This document shows positions 10,071-23,216 of a DNA stretch of 64,000 nt, piece by piece. The DNA is taken from NCBI GenBank assembly GCA_051362555.1, contig CM120646.1:15066001-15130000 (forward strand). Reading direction: 5' to 3'. Source of the DNA: Lingula anatina (lineage: Eukaryota > Animalia > Brachiopoda). Numbering within the stretch: position 1 is the stretch's first letter; every line of letters begins with the position of its first letter. The notes beneath the pieces were generated by a model, which had not been told where the DNA came from, made no database searches, and was given only the letters and a program-made list of their open reading frames with translations. A program made the position numbers and the translations under genes.

Positions 10071-12494
10071 CTGTAAGAAACTGAAAGGAAGACCATATAG
10101 TAAACACTTCTATAGAAAGCTGTCTCCAGTTTTTCAATGTCTGCATGCCAGATAAAAGTTATAAAAGGCCCGTAATAACAGAGAAACAAGACACCAGTGT
10201 AACTGGTCTCTTGTTATACTGCTATAAAAAGACTCAATGAAAGTGCAACAGATACAATAAAATTTACTTTACTTAAAGGAACATTTTATACTAGGTGCAC
10301 TTCAAACTCATGTTTTATTGAAACAATAGAAGCACAAATGTATTCTACAATCTAGCATGTGATTTCAAAACCCTCTGTCCACGGCATTCTCAAACAATTA
10401 AATTGGTCTTCATTCCAGTAAAATGTACTTCTTTTTGTGCACTAACATTAAATTTAATGGTGTGCTCTGTTGCATTTTATTACATTCATGGTCAAGTCAC
10501 ATAAAAGCTTGTTACATTCATCAATATTGTATGACGATAATCAACCCTCCCAGTCTTGTAAGCTGACAAAAACAGCAGAAAGGTGGAAATGCAGGTTTTG
10601 GTTTTCTCTCTGTTATCTTTTGGCTGAGTTAAATAACTCTAAAAGAGCTGCAAGATAACCAGTTTTAGTGGGCAGTAAAACATGTACAGGCGAACAGCAG
10701 TATCTTATAACCTTGGAAAAAGATAACCCTGCTAACATAATTTTGCAGAATTTTTAATTAATAATACACCAAACAAAAGTTTGTTCTCCATACTCTTGTG
10801 TATTGAACACAAGACAATTTCAACATCTTTACCAATAAAAGACACGAAACTCTGCACTAATAAGAATTACGTCTGAAAAGAGCAAAAAGCCTGGACTTTA
10901 CCAAAAAACCTTTGTATCAGCAAAAATAAGTTGAAAACAAAAAATTCATGCAGAGAACGAGACTTTGACCAAAGCAGCTCGTAATTAATCAATCAAATGC
11001 ATGGTAAATTAATCACCACTTAAATCTTATCAAATCTACTTTGGTCCTTTCTTAACCTGCCCTGCAAATATCATCAAAACCCATAAATGTATTTTTAAGG
11101 CTGTCAACTAACAAATCATATTAGGCATTTACAGACCTCCTCGGGAGTTGTAAATAAAATTAAGCACAATCAAATCTTAAATCCAAATTCATGTCAATTG
11201 AAGAAAAAAGAGAATGACAATCAAACATTTCCATTGCCAAACTTAACAAAATTTGGCAATCTTTGTATTTGACATTGTGGCCCTACAATTTAACCTACTG
11301 TAATAAATTGTGAACGTAGAACTACCTGCTGCAGCCTCAGACATGCAATTAACATATGAATAACCCATGAGTTTCTAGTTACTCATATTTTACCTTGAGT
11401 TTTCTAAATAAAACATAAATCAAGGTAATATAGTTTACAACACAGCTAGTATAAAATATTAATAAATATTAATACTAAGTATAAAATATTGACAATGATT
11501 ACCAATATTCAAGGTTATCTACGTAATATATATTTGTCTTTTTGGATTTATTGAGCAGTGGATAAAAATATTTCATAATTCTGTACAGTTAGATGTAAAA
11601 TGTGAATGTAAGTTACGTCTGCTGAATAATATATGCTATTATATTGCTCGCTTTGCTGAAAAATTTGCCCTCATTCATCTGAAAAATTACTCTTTCACCC
11701 AATATAAAAAAATAACAGAATGAAATGTAATGCTAAGTGGGTGAACTGAATTTAAGAATAAAAAATATATATTAAAGCAATATAATCAGCCTACCAACTG
11801 GCTGTGGCACAAAATCTTATAGAAAAAAAAAAATTATATATATATATATTCAAAAAATTCTAAAAATACACTTCTGGTTGTTACTTGCTGATAAGAACAT
11901 GTTCTGCATGTGGTGGGCCATTGTGGTATGTGATTCAGCAATCACCCACTGGTCAAAGTGTTACTTGTTAGTAAGTGCCCCAAATCTCCCTCCAAGTGTT
12001 GCAGACGGGCAAAAGGTCAAGCTCCATCTCAAAATTTATCACAATAGGTACTTTATATAATAATTAATATAAGCAGATGAGGCAATAACAGAAAAAGAAA
12101 AAAAGTAAACAAAACATGACAATTTGAACCCATATTTTATTTTCAATATTTCTAAATAATGCACCACCTCAGAAAATCATTCTTAGAAAAAAGAACTTAT
12201 CAGGGGCTAATCGGGGCATTAAAATAAAATCAACAATTCACAAACCATGCATGAACTGTTACTATGAAAAACTGTTTGAAACGCCCGTCAAATGGGTTTA
12301 GCTATGGATTCATATTGCTCATGGCTAACTGTGAGACATGCTATAGTTTAACCCATAGTGACCTTCTGCAAAACACCATAAATACAAAATTTTAATGTTA
12401 TATGATGTGTGTAAAAAACTATCACAGAATTGATTTTAAACAATTCTAGAAAGGCAAACAAAGTCTTAACCAACTAGCAGATTGTGAAGTTATT

Positions 12495-12663
12495 CAGGGG
12501 CGGATTTAGGGTGTCTTCTGGGTGATCCGGAAGACGGTCAGATTTTCATGTTTACATTGGCGGGTATCTAATATTTTCTGTCGGCATACGGTCAAAAAAT
12601 GGAGGATGGATTAACAAAGATAATTTGGAAGACTGTCAGAAAATATCTTTGGATCCGCCCCTG
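12495..12663. mobile_element. MITE with CAGGGGCGGAT TIRs (hAT-like)
   Basis: CAGGGGCGGATT...GATCCGCCCCTG; internal sequence shared with 20771-20910. Confidence 0.75.
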
Positions 12664-13937
12664 TTATTTCACAGCATCATTTAAAGGTCTTCAATGATCT
12701 GGGGAGGTGGGGATGGGGGCAGGAGGTGGACGGTAAGAGGTGACATTCCAACAGTATGTAAACTTAACATTCACCACCAACAGCAACCACCTTCAGGAAA
12801 TTCGCAATTTGATCAAAGGTCTTAAGTAAAAGACTGGCAAAAATCAGATATATAGGAGCCTTACAGCTCTGTGACATGCAATCTTGTCAGCTACTTTGAT
12901 CTACATTTTGACAGGCTAAAAAATTGGCCCTAAGACTGACCTTGTTGAAAGTGAAACTATCAGCCTCCATCACCAGTATTTTCCGGTATCTGCAGAGTTA
13001 GATTGATCTACTTAGACTGATAGTTTCATGGGAAATAAGCCCTTAGACTTTCTGTGAAACAATTAGGCCCAGACCCACTGTTTTAATTTCAACATACAAG
13101 TAGCATCTTTCTTTGCAATCTTTCTAACTGTAGTAATTCAATTTTTTTTGGCTTATGAGGTTTAAAGTATATCACATGTATACATACCCACGCTGTTCCA
13201 TTTTGTGGCAATTTTTAAGCAATCTTCACTCATAATGATCAATATCAAAATATTTGAATATATATATTTAACAGGTTTTGGAACTTAGCCAGAATTGTTA
13301 TGATTAAATTAGTATTTTGACTCCAAAGTGATAGAGTCACATATTCATCAATATGCTGGTAGTTACTACTTTTTATATACCATGTGGTTAGAAAATTTGA
13401 AAAATGATTTTCCAATAGCTAGGCATATGTGCACCAATTACAAACCAATTTGTTGCATGCAAATCACACTTACCACTTTTTGAATGTTTCAAGGCATGTT
13501 ATTGCAAATTAATTCCTAAAATAAAGTTTTCAAAAGCAGAACTTTATTAATTGTTAAATACTTCTTATTAATTTTTATTTTATTGTCACCCAAATTAAAA
13601 GGAATCTTATCCAGGGTATTTTTTTTTTTTTTTTTTTGAAAATTTTGAAACTGAAAAAGATGCCAAGAACTTTTAGAACATCCTCTTACGAAAGCATTTT
13701 GGTTTGCTTTTGGACATACTATTTTTAGATAATATTTTTGGTTAATAAACAATAACTTGAAATATATGAAAATAATTACTTCAACTATCTCCAAACAAGG
13801 CTATCTCCACACTTGTAGACAACATGAAAGAACTTGTAAACATCCATCAATCTTGTGATTAACAGCATTTTTTTTCTTTCAAACACCAATTTTCAATGTT
13901 ACCATATTATCTGATAATATGATCTCTTAGTCACTTA

Positions 13938-14152
13938 CACCCCATTTCCATAGATTAGATCAACCTACTTGAGATCAACCTAACTCCCTGGGGGTTCACG
14001 CTAAATAGCTCTCAGCCGGGCGGACAGGAAAGTTAATTACCCCATTACAGCTTGCAGTAGGCGGGACGGACATTTAAGCCGGATTATCTGAAAGTAATCT
14101 AGTGAGACTCCCCGCAGGGATAGATCGATCTAAAATCTATGGGAATAGAGCC
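13938..14152. mobile_element. PIF/Harbinger-like MITE
   Basis: CCCCATTTCCATAGAT...ATCTATGGGAATAGAGCC ends with TTA on both flanks; an inverted homologue lies at 45964-46188. Confidence 0.7.
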
Positions 14153-16097
14153 TTACAGTATAAAACCACTTACAAACAACTATCACCACGATAGTCCATC
14201 TATTCCCATCACTGACCATCTGTCCTGTTGACCACATTGCATGCCCACTACACAGGTGTCACTTGACCAAGCACCTGTATTCCAGACTACTGGGTAAAGA
14301 ATCCACTAGAAAAACTACTAAATCATGACGGTCACCTATTTACAAAGAGTTTGGGTGTGCTCCTATTTGAGCAAACAAGTATACTAGTACCAACAAGACA
14401 CGGTGGACTTTTTTATGGGCTGTTCTACAAGACTTACCAACTCCATCAACCAGTACAATCACATTCCTTAAAAAAATCTGACACACCTCTTCAAATTAAT
14501 TAAAAGCATGAGAGTGAATATGGGATCCAAATGATTTCTTTTTTCTTTTCTTTTTTTTTTTTTGGGGGGGGGGGGAAGGGGGTATGAAAAGATGAAAACA
14601 ATACTTAAAGGGGAGATTCATCAGAAGGGCTGAGAGACACTCTTGTCCTCAGATCAAGAAAATACAAGATGCTCATTTCTGGGTTTGTACTTTTAGACCA
14701 TTCTTTCCATACAGAATGTCACATGAATGATGAGTTATACCATGATATTCCACAGGTGGGTATGCCGAGTCCTAGTATTAAGTAAAATATGCTAGACTAT
14801 AATAAAAGTGGGTATTAAATTTTAGAGAAATTTAAATCTGGAGTTATGTACACTGTCATATCCTCAAAATATAGCTACATAAAGGCATGACAATAATCAG
14901 TTCCACTCCTTTTCTGATCTCTTTATTACAACCCACACACATTCATTATTTATGAGGAATGGTTATGTAGTATATACTTATAAGAAAAAGTGGTAGCACA
15001 CCTAGTTGCATTATATTACCTCTATTTGCATTAATAATTAGAAGGCCAAGGACCTCAAGGAACTGGAAGGACTATTATGTAATAAAGTAATTTTCATAGT
15101 TTTTTGGGATATATCTATGCATCAGATTTTGATAACAGACAAAATAGAATTAAAAAGACCATAACCTGTATAAACACTGAGCTTCAATGAATACTAAGTA
15201 GATTAAAACAAATGAACATGGTATAAAAATTATGTTATTTTATAAAAGATCAGAACACCGATAAGTAACTTTCCATCCATAGCACAACTTAATTTTTTGA
15301 AATTGTAAACATGATTTGCTAAACACATCACTTACTTGAACAGACAGTCATCACTGTGCCATCTGTATATTTTTCATTATTATGGTAATTATTTTTCAAA
15401 TTTTAAAAAGCATGAAATAAATAAAAAATAATAAATAAATACACACAAATATATTCTAAAACCATCAACTAAATCCTTAGGATTTAATACCAAATTACTC
15501 TTTTTTTTTCATAACAATAATTATGACATTGAATTTGAACCAAAATTTTCATATCTAATATATGCATTTAGCATACTATAACATGTTTTTACATAACAGA
15601 GCTCTCTCTCCCTCTTCTCTCTCTGTTACTGTAGGTGTGCATGAGTGAATGTGTGTGCGTACATGCTCTTGTGCCCCTGGGTGCATATTCAAATGGGCCC
15701 TTAGACACAGTGGATATACCGCATGTTATACTGAGCAACTGATACCCATTCCAGATATATTAACGTACTGTGAACAGAACACATGCACACCAAATAGTGT
15801 ACATCATACATGTGCTACTATTTCGTCAGCAAAATGTCAGTTGACAGTATGTTTAAAATGCCTATATATATACCCCTGCTTCAGTATGTTATACTGATGG
15901 TCATTTGAATATGAAACAAACAAAGTAAGGCGTCTGGGTATCTGGTAAAGTTTTGACCGACATCTAAACACGTTGCTACATCAGACAAAAACACATGGTC
16001 AAAATCATTTCGCAAAGTTAGAAACGAATCCTGACGCAATATATCTCAAAAGGCACCCATTATGATCATAATGTCAACACCAACAAGCTGTTATTAC

Positions 16098-16255
16098 CTG
16101 CAGACACAGTCTCGACTGTGTGTCGGGCCTTTTAACTTCCCCGCTTTGGAGGCGAACAAAGAGCCGTGTGCAACACCCGAGATATGTGAAGCAGTATGGC
16201 GGACTGTTGTGTGGGAGCATACCGCTTGTGTAAAGGCACTGGTGTTATATTTATA
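16098..16255 (-). promoter_or_regulatory. TATA promoter and first non-coding exon of a minus-strand transcript
   Basis: TATAAATATAA at 16255-16245, then a GC-richer segment of about 125 nt ending CTGCAG|GTAATA at 16098. Hairpin GACACAGTC-TC-GACTGTGT lies next to the donor. Confidence 0.4.
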
Positions 16256-18186
16256 GTTATCAACTAATACAATTTACCATGATTATAAAACCCTTATTGA
16301 TTATTTATGAAATTTGTCCTCTTAAAAGCACTTTATCTATATTTGGTCATCAAGTGCTTTTATTCAAGATAATTATTTATTCCTTAATGATTGCTCCCTG
16401 GCTTCACGTACATCCTTTCACATTGCAGACCGGCATACCCGTATGTAAATATCCTTCACCTTTACGAATAACAGGTCTGCGCATGCGTTGCATAGCCTTC
16501 ATGGGCACTTGACGTGATCACTGATCGTCAATAAAGGCCCATTTGAAGAAAAAAATGTAAAATAAAGCTAAAGATATATTCGGGAGTTCTACCTTTTTTA
16601 AAACTCCACAATTTTCGTATTCAGCTAAGATCGTTTAAGCCAGCCCGTTGAGTAACTGCAGGATTTTAATTTTATTAACAAAAATTTGACTACCGGTAAG
16701 CTAAAAGTAAATCACGGGCACGTTTATTTTACTGATACATTTTTTCCTCAGCTTCAAGTATATTTTTCACAACAAAGGTTTTGCAAATTACTTTTTGATG
16801 GAAAGTATAGTTTTGCCGCGTTTCGTGTAGAACATTAGGGTAATATTTTTAGATTGTTCCTTAGCTGTTTATCGTGGATATAGGCCTAACTGAATTGAGG
16901 ATTTTATTAATGGCTAAGACATCTAAAAACATCAACAATAAAATAACATGACCTGCAGCAAAAGACGTCACAGTTTTTTTTTTTTCTTTTTTTAATTTTT
17001 TGCTTGCCATGTCTTGTTGTGAATAAAATATAATTTCTAATTATTAGATTAATTTTACGATTTTATGATTTAAAAATGGTCCTGTAACTGTACTGGTGTG
17101 TCCTGAACAAAGTAAACAACATAAGGGTCCCAGAAGTTTTTTTTCTTTAATTTACCACATTTTATTTTGTCATTAGGCTATCTTTATCAAACAAATACAA
17201 ATAAAGTTCCGAGTAACTGTTAAAAGTGAAACTGTTAAAAGCAGAAGCTTGATAGGCTTGCTTGAAGAAAAAATAAACAATCATTTTAGGCCTACTGATA
17301 TTTTTAAATTAAAATAACTGGTGCATAGTTCTTAACGGTCTTAAATCGAGTCATAAGTTCGTCTATATTTATAACGAATTGGACATTTTGTTGCACAGAG
17401 ATGGCTGCTTGAAATTGAATCATGAAACATGAGAAGGGAAACATCGAAGCAGCTGGTGGTTTACTGCAGTCTCCTAGCCATTGTCAACAATATTGCGGAT
17501 GCTTCTGTTTGTAGTCAGAGGACCCATCTCAAGCTGTTCTTCCGCCAATGAACACCTCCTATCATGACAAAACGTTGAATATAATCAGACAAGTGTATCT
17601 CTATATGACATAGGCTACATGGGAAGTTTTGTGTGCACGTTTACGGAATATACATGTAGATCCCAATTTTTCTAATTTCATACAGAGTCCCAAGTCATGT
17701 GGACGTTTTCACTTATTATATGACGTATTCTCACCAAGGAATATATAAAGTCTGTTTTCCAACGATATTGGATGCAAGTGAGTTGGTGATAAAAAAGGTA
17801 GGCCTACTTGTTTTAGGGCAATCAGCGTAACTGGTACACGTGCCTCAGCAGCAGGAGTCGAACTACGTACCCTAATTCACCGCACATTAATTGTGTTCAC
17901 TTTTTTTCCAACGCAAGAAATGTGTCATAAAGTAACCATAAATATGTGAATATATAATGAAAAATCAATCAGTGACCCTGGTAGAGGGTATAGAGATGAA
18001 CCGCTATTTGAAAAGGTCTACTGTGGGGCCAAATTCCAATGCCCGCAGAGAAGCAAGGCCTACATCTTTAACTGGGATGCCTATTTTTTCACCGATCATC
18101 GTTTTATACCATGTGTGGCAAAAGGGACCTCAGGAAAGACTATTTCAGAAAGAGTAAGCGGGACTTTCACTGCCACTTACTACACA

Positions 18187-18345
18187 AACCCTAATCCTGA
18201 AAATATCTTTAACCCTAATCCTAAACCTAATCCATGAACCTAACTTCAACACTGGCCCTATATATAGGGTTAACCCTAACCTTAAAAATAACTCCCCACC
18301 CCTAACATTTCCTTAAATCTTTACCTCTATCCCTACTCCTACTCC
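18187..18345. repeat. Degenerate telomere-like (CCCTAA) tract
   Basis: AACCCTAATCC, TTAACCCTAATCCTAAACCTAA, GTTAACCCTAACC; such tracts are common inside invertebrate repeats. Confidence 0.6.
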
Positions 18346-20459
18346 AGTCGGTTTATGCGCTGATTGTGTTAGTTGCACTAGTTGAGTAGAAAGCACAATT
18401 TTGCCTTCCTATTATTGTGTTTGTGGCTGCACTTTGGACAGAAAATACAACCCTACCCGTTGATCTTGATATGACGGATAAGATCACTGGATGCTGAGGA
18501 TTGCGAATATTGTAGCTACCGACACCTAGCTAGTAAAGAGGACGCTACCATACCTTGGAAGTTGGATTCAAGAGTCAGATTTTAGCGCCAAATCACCATT
18601 CACGTTGCCAAGGCCCATTGTTGGTGGACCAAAACGTCGTGTTTAACTGAAGTCATTTGGTCTCTAATTATAAGTAAAGAATGATTCTGTTTTATCATCC
18701 TATACAAATTTGAATTTAAATTGAATTTAAGGTCAGAAAATCTTTGGCAACTGTTGACAGTAACTATTTTCTTATAGGCTATATTTAATGATTTGGCAGG
18801 TGGCATAGCAAATACTGGCCAAGTACATTATGAATCAACCGAATGATTGCACAGGAGCATTAGCAAATCACTTAGTATTGCATTATCGATAAGTACAACA
18901 TCAAATTAATGGTTACAACTTAAAACCAATGCAAAATTGTGTTAGCCATACTGTGTCAATCAATTACCTGGAATGTTAAATGAGAAAAATGTGGGCTGCA
19001 GTCGTTGAAGACCTACAGAAAAATGCAAGGAAAGTGCGTTTGTGCCGCTTGTTGTACTCATTTAGACGCTTTTAGAAGGAAAAGTGAGTCTTCTGATAGA
19101 TCAGGGAAAAGGAAAAGCCCCCCCCCCCCCAAAAAAAAAAAAAAAAAAAAGGAAAAAAAAATGAAAATGCATTTAAAATTGCAGCCCATCACCACCACGC
19201 AAAATATGGGCATGTGGACCTACATTAAATAAAGAAAATAAATCACGACATATACAATCTGTCTCTCCTCCGTTGGCAAATGTTAATGATTTATATATGC
19301 TGATTACTGGAAGCAATTAGGATTTCTGTACGCGTACCAATCTTAGATGTTGTTACAGCACCCGCGGGATAAAAAATGGTTTTGTGACAAAATCTGGCCA
19401 TTCAAGAATGCAAATAAAATAAAATAAAACAAAATAAAATAAAAAACGGTACAGGCCCGTAGTCGGTGGGGGTGGGGGGTTGCTGGGTAAAGGTCCATTC
19501 AGAGTAAATTTGATCTAGGTAAACTAAAGTTTCATGAAAAAAAGGTCTACATTTTCTGAAAAAGAGCCCCCTTCCCCCTTCTTCCTTCATTTTTAGCAGG
19601 TCCTTAATGGAGATGTTTGAAGCGGCACGATATTTCGATGTCCCGCCCCCTCCACATGGCTAGGTACATTTGTGTAGAATTGGAGATGCTAGTGATGACA
19701 GAACAATTGTTTACTGTATTTTTTTTAATCTAAGTAAACACCTTTTACAATGATTTATCGATGTGAAGGCCAACCCGCCGTGTTGTTATCAACGATATAC
19801 ATTAACTTACCACGTGTAAACTTGTTTCGAGTAAATAATGTACATCCCTAATAAATGGTAATTAAATTTTATTGGTGACAAATTGGTTGGCAGTATCCAA
19901 AATAACATTGTTTTTCATCTGCCATAAACAACTCGATCTAATGAGTTTACAATCTGTAAATTATTTCGGTTTATTGAATAACAAAGGATACCCATTATAA
20001 GTTCATTGTTTATTGTTTGTTTTATTACGAAGAAAAAACAATTAAAGGCCTTATAAAAAAAATCCCAGCAGAAGTTTGCATATAACATTTTTGATTAAAA
20101 ATGAAAATTTGGAATAACTTAAGATCAATAAGTGTCATATAGAGATTGGCATTCTAGAGCCATGGCATAAAATCTCTAAAAAAGAAAATAAAAGAAAGCC
20201 AAAATATTTTATTGTATCACGTGCTCGAACAGGCTTTAAATTGTTTGAATATTTAGGCAGTTCTTAGAGTTTTGATGATTATAATATCTATTTACACCTG
20301 CGACGGTTAATTGAACGGTCTATTCATAGTACTAAAATTGCAATTCTAGAAAAAACATAAAGGCCATTGAGATATCTTCTAAAATACATTTCAACAACTG
20401 CGTTCAAATTGAAGTTTATGATTGTAGTTGACAGATTCATTAAACTATTGAAAATAGTC

Positions 20460-22375
20460 CTAATTATACACTTTCACCCAGCTGTCCACATCAGCATTGT
20501 TCTCCAAAGGTTGGCCACTGTATCCAATACGTATTGACCTCAGCTGACAGCGGTAAAGATCAGTGTCTTCTATTGGCTGCCGTTCAATGAAGAATGAGTC
20601 ACAGCGAACATTCTTCAAGCATTCAAAGGCACACTGTAACCTTCCGTGGGTAGTTAGCATAGACAACACAACTGAACATCCACAAAGATGGAGCTTGCGG
20701 AATCGAACTGATTGTCGCTTGGATACTAAAACGTTGGAAAGTTAAACGCAAATTACTAAATTAGTAAATTAGGGGGCGGATTTAGGCCGTCTTCTGGGTC
20801 TTCCGGAATCGTGTATCGTATGTTTTCCGTCAGAAGACAGTCAAAATGGAGGATGGATCAACAAAGATAATTTGGGAGACTGTCAGAAAATATCTCTAGA
20901 TCCGCCTCTGCCGAATGTCTTTATGCTATTTTTAACTTAGAGAAAATTTGTTTTAGAGAAAATTTGCTTTTACAGGACCAATAGTAAAGACTCACAGCTA
21001 TGATGAAAGCCTGTGTTTTTACAGGTGTTGTAATATCTGTGTGTCTTCAGATCATTCATGAGAATGAGAGTCAAGCTCTAACATTTGAAAAACGCTTTAA
21101 ATTAAACCATACCGGTATAATTTGCTATACATTCCTACAGGACAGGATTATTTACACGAGCAACTCTAAACTCTTACAGCCAAAAATACTTCCATTCTTT
21201 TTTTAAAAAAGAAGAATTTTAGTAGGTCACAAATAACCTGTGATCTAATGGATATTCGTATTTGAATGCTTTTGATAAAAATCGCAGTTTACTCACTTCT
21301 TGGCGCAGTAATATCCCATTCCACCATCCCAACCCTAAACTGTTTTACTTCAAGTATATGGACAGATGTTGGCCGGTAAGGGTGGTAATTCAGCATTAAC
21401 TGCTGTCCTATAACGCGACCTATCCCAAACTGGATGTCTCTTCCCTCCCATTTGATCCAAAAGGATTTAGGGAGGTTACAGTCAAGGACGTTCGGAGTGT
21501 CAGCGCTCTGGTTAACGCCGAAAGGGCTAGAAAGAGTTGTCTTGCTGTTTCCCCCTGTTCCAATCATCCACATGTATCCGTCTGCGCAAATGTGCGTCGT
21601 GCTCCTGAGGACTACCTTACACACACGTACAGCGACTTGGGGGCATGCTTTAACCTCAAATGTCGCCCAAGACACGTCGATTAAGTCCACTAAAGCAGTT
21701 GCACTAGGTATATCAGTGTTCGTAGTTATCCTTAAGGATGAAACTGGAAAGGTCAGAATTTGTAAACGAAATACTCGATACCGGTTAAATTGATGTATTA
21801 CAATGTTTCAATTATAGGCCTACTCTTTTGTGTTAAATTTTGAATGCATTTAATATTCTTGTTCAATGCCCAATGTGAGCTTTATCATGTTCACCGAAAC
21901 TTAAAGTGTTTTGTTATTTCTGTTACTGTCCGTCGCATCAATATACCCCCCTTAAAATACGGACCTCGTAGAGAAACCCATATTCAATAACGGACGACAG
22001 TTTAAACTTCAGTGAGTCCTGTCTCCATCTTCAACAACGTGGGTTTTGAATATTCAGTGGTTTGGACTAAATACAAATCATACATATAGGTGACAAAATT
22101 AGCCCTACCAGGGCCGTAGCCTCCGGGGGGCAGGGGGGGCAGCTGCCCCCCCTGGGATTTAGAATTTTCCACACTGGTAGGGGGACACCCCCTCCCCCCT
22201 CGGGGGCTAAGCCCCCTCACGTCCGCTTACTGCCCCCCTGGCATTTTGCTCAGGCTACGGCCCTGCCCACTGTTTTTATGTTGAACTGATACAGCAGTTC
22301 TAACAACAATGTCTGAAGCAAACACATACCTTTTAGAGACAGAATACAAAGCCACACCACTCCCAGGCGATGCAT
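20460..22375 (-). CDS. Secreted farnesoic-acid-O-methyltransferase-domain (FAMeT) + PAN/apple protein, paralogue B (~252 aa)
   Basis: Exons 22375-22330 (MHRLGVVWLCILSLK, signal), 21743-21297 (FEVKACPQ...IGTGGNSKT...TPNVLDCNLPKSFWIKW...GIG) and 20725-20460 (QCAFECLKNVRCDSF...CQL). All phase-1 GT-AG introns. Confidence 0.8.
20771..20910. mobile_element. MITE (same family as 12495-12663), intronic
   Basis: AGGGGGCGGATTTAGG...AGATCCGCCTCTG; shares ATGGAGGATGGAT-AACAAAGATAATTTGG-GACTGTCAGAAAATATCT. Confidence 0.75.
22109..22265. mobile_element. GC-rich MITE with CAGGGCCGTAGC TIRs
   Basis: CAGGGCCGTAGCC...GGCTACGGCCCTG. Confidence 0.75.
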
Positions 22376-23216
22376 GTCTTTTGACCAAAGCGACTTTCCC
22401 GAATTAAGGTTTTGCCGACAAATGTTTACTTACACGGAGTAAATATACTTGCTGTGGCAGCAATTTCACCACGCAATGTATTTATATTCACGTATAATAC
22501 ATTATTTAGAATAAAAAAACATATTAGCAACTTTTTCCATTAATTTTTCATATGGTGTAATGCAGTACAATACACTGGCCATGTTCGATCATCTTCTTGA
22601 CACACGTACATAAGCAATTACAAAAAAAAAAAAACAATACTCATTGTTCTGACAATAAAATAATTATTCTTAGTGGCAAATCCGTTACGTTTACAAGTAA
22701 CAGAGCCAGTGAGTGGCGTTTCAATCATATTTCACAACAATGTCGAATATAATTGGTATATGAGCGTGGGGTGGGCTAGATGCTATTTTAATACCATAAC
22801 CGTGCGGCCAGGATCTGGTATACATGTTGTGGTATATCATTCGAATATTTTATAATTAGAGCCATGTTGTCGACAGTTCCGAGTTCTGATTTCCACAAGT
22901 TCTACGCCCATATACGTTTTCATAAATTCATCTTTAGTCTATCAAGCGGAAAAGTAATCAAATTAAAGCAACTGTGTTCAGTACTTGGTATATGATGGAT
23001 TCTTATGGATACGGCATACGCTATAATGAAATATTATCCATTCCATTGGCCCAAAGTATAATACAAGAAGACGAAGATTTGTTAGCGTTGACAGATGTGT
23101 ATTAATCGAACTAGATCTGCCTTTGGGTTGAATCAGCTTGTTTTGGGTATGTGACGTCAGTCCCCTGTGGCAATATGACGTCATATAGTGACGTCTTCAA
23201 GTCGGTCTTGCTATAG

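Noticed and set aside
18187-18345. Telomerase RNA template or true telomere
   Set aside because: Degenerate interstitial tract with no pseudoknot or H/ACA context.
21113-21147. Possible micro-exon in FAMeT paralogue B
   Set aside because: Would break the reading frame; direct 21297->20725 splicing is in phase.
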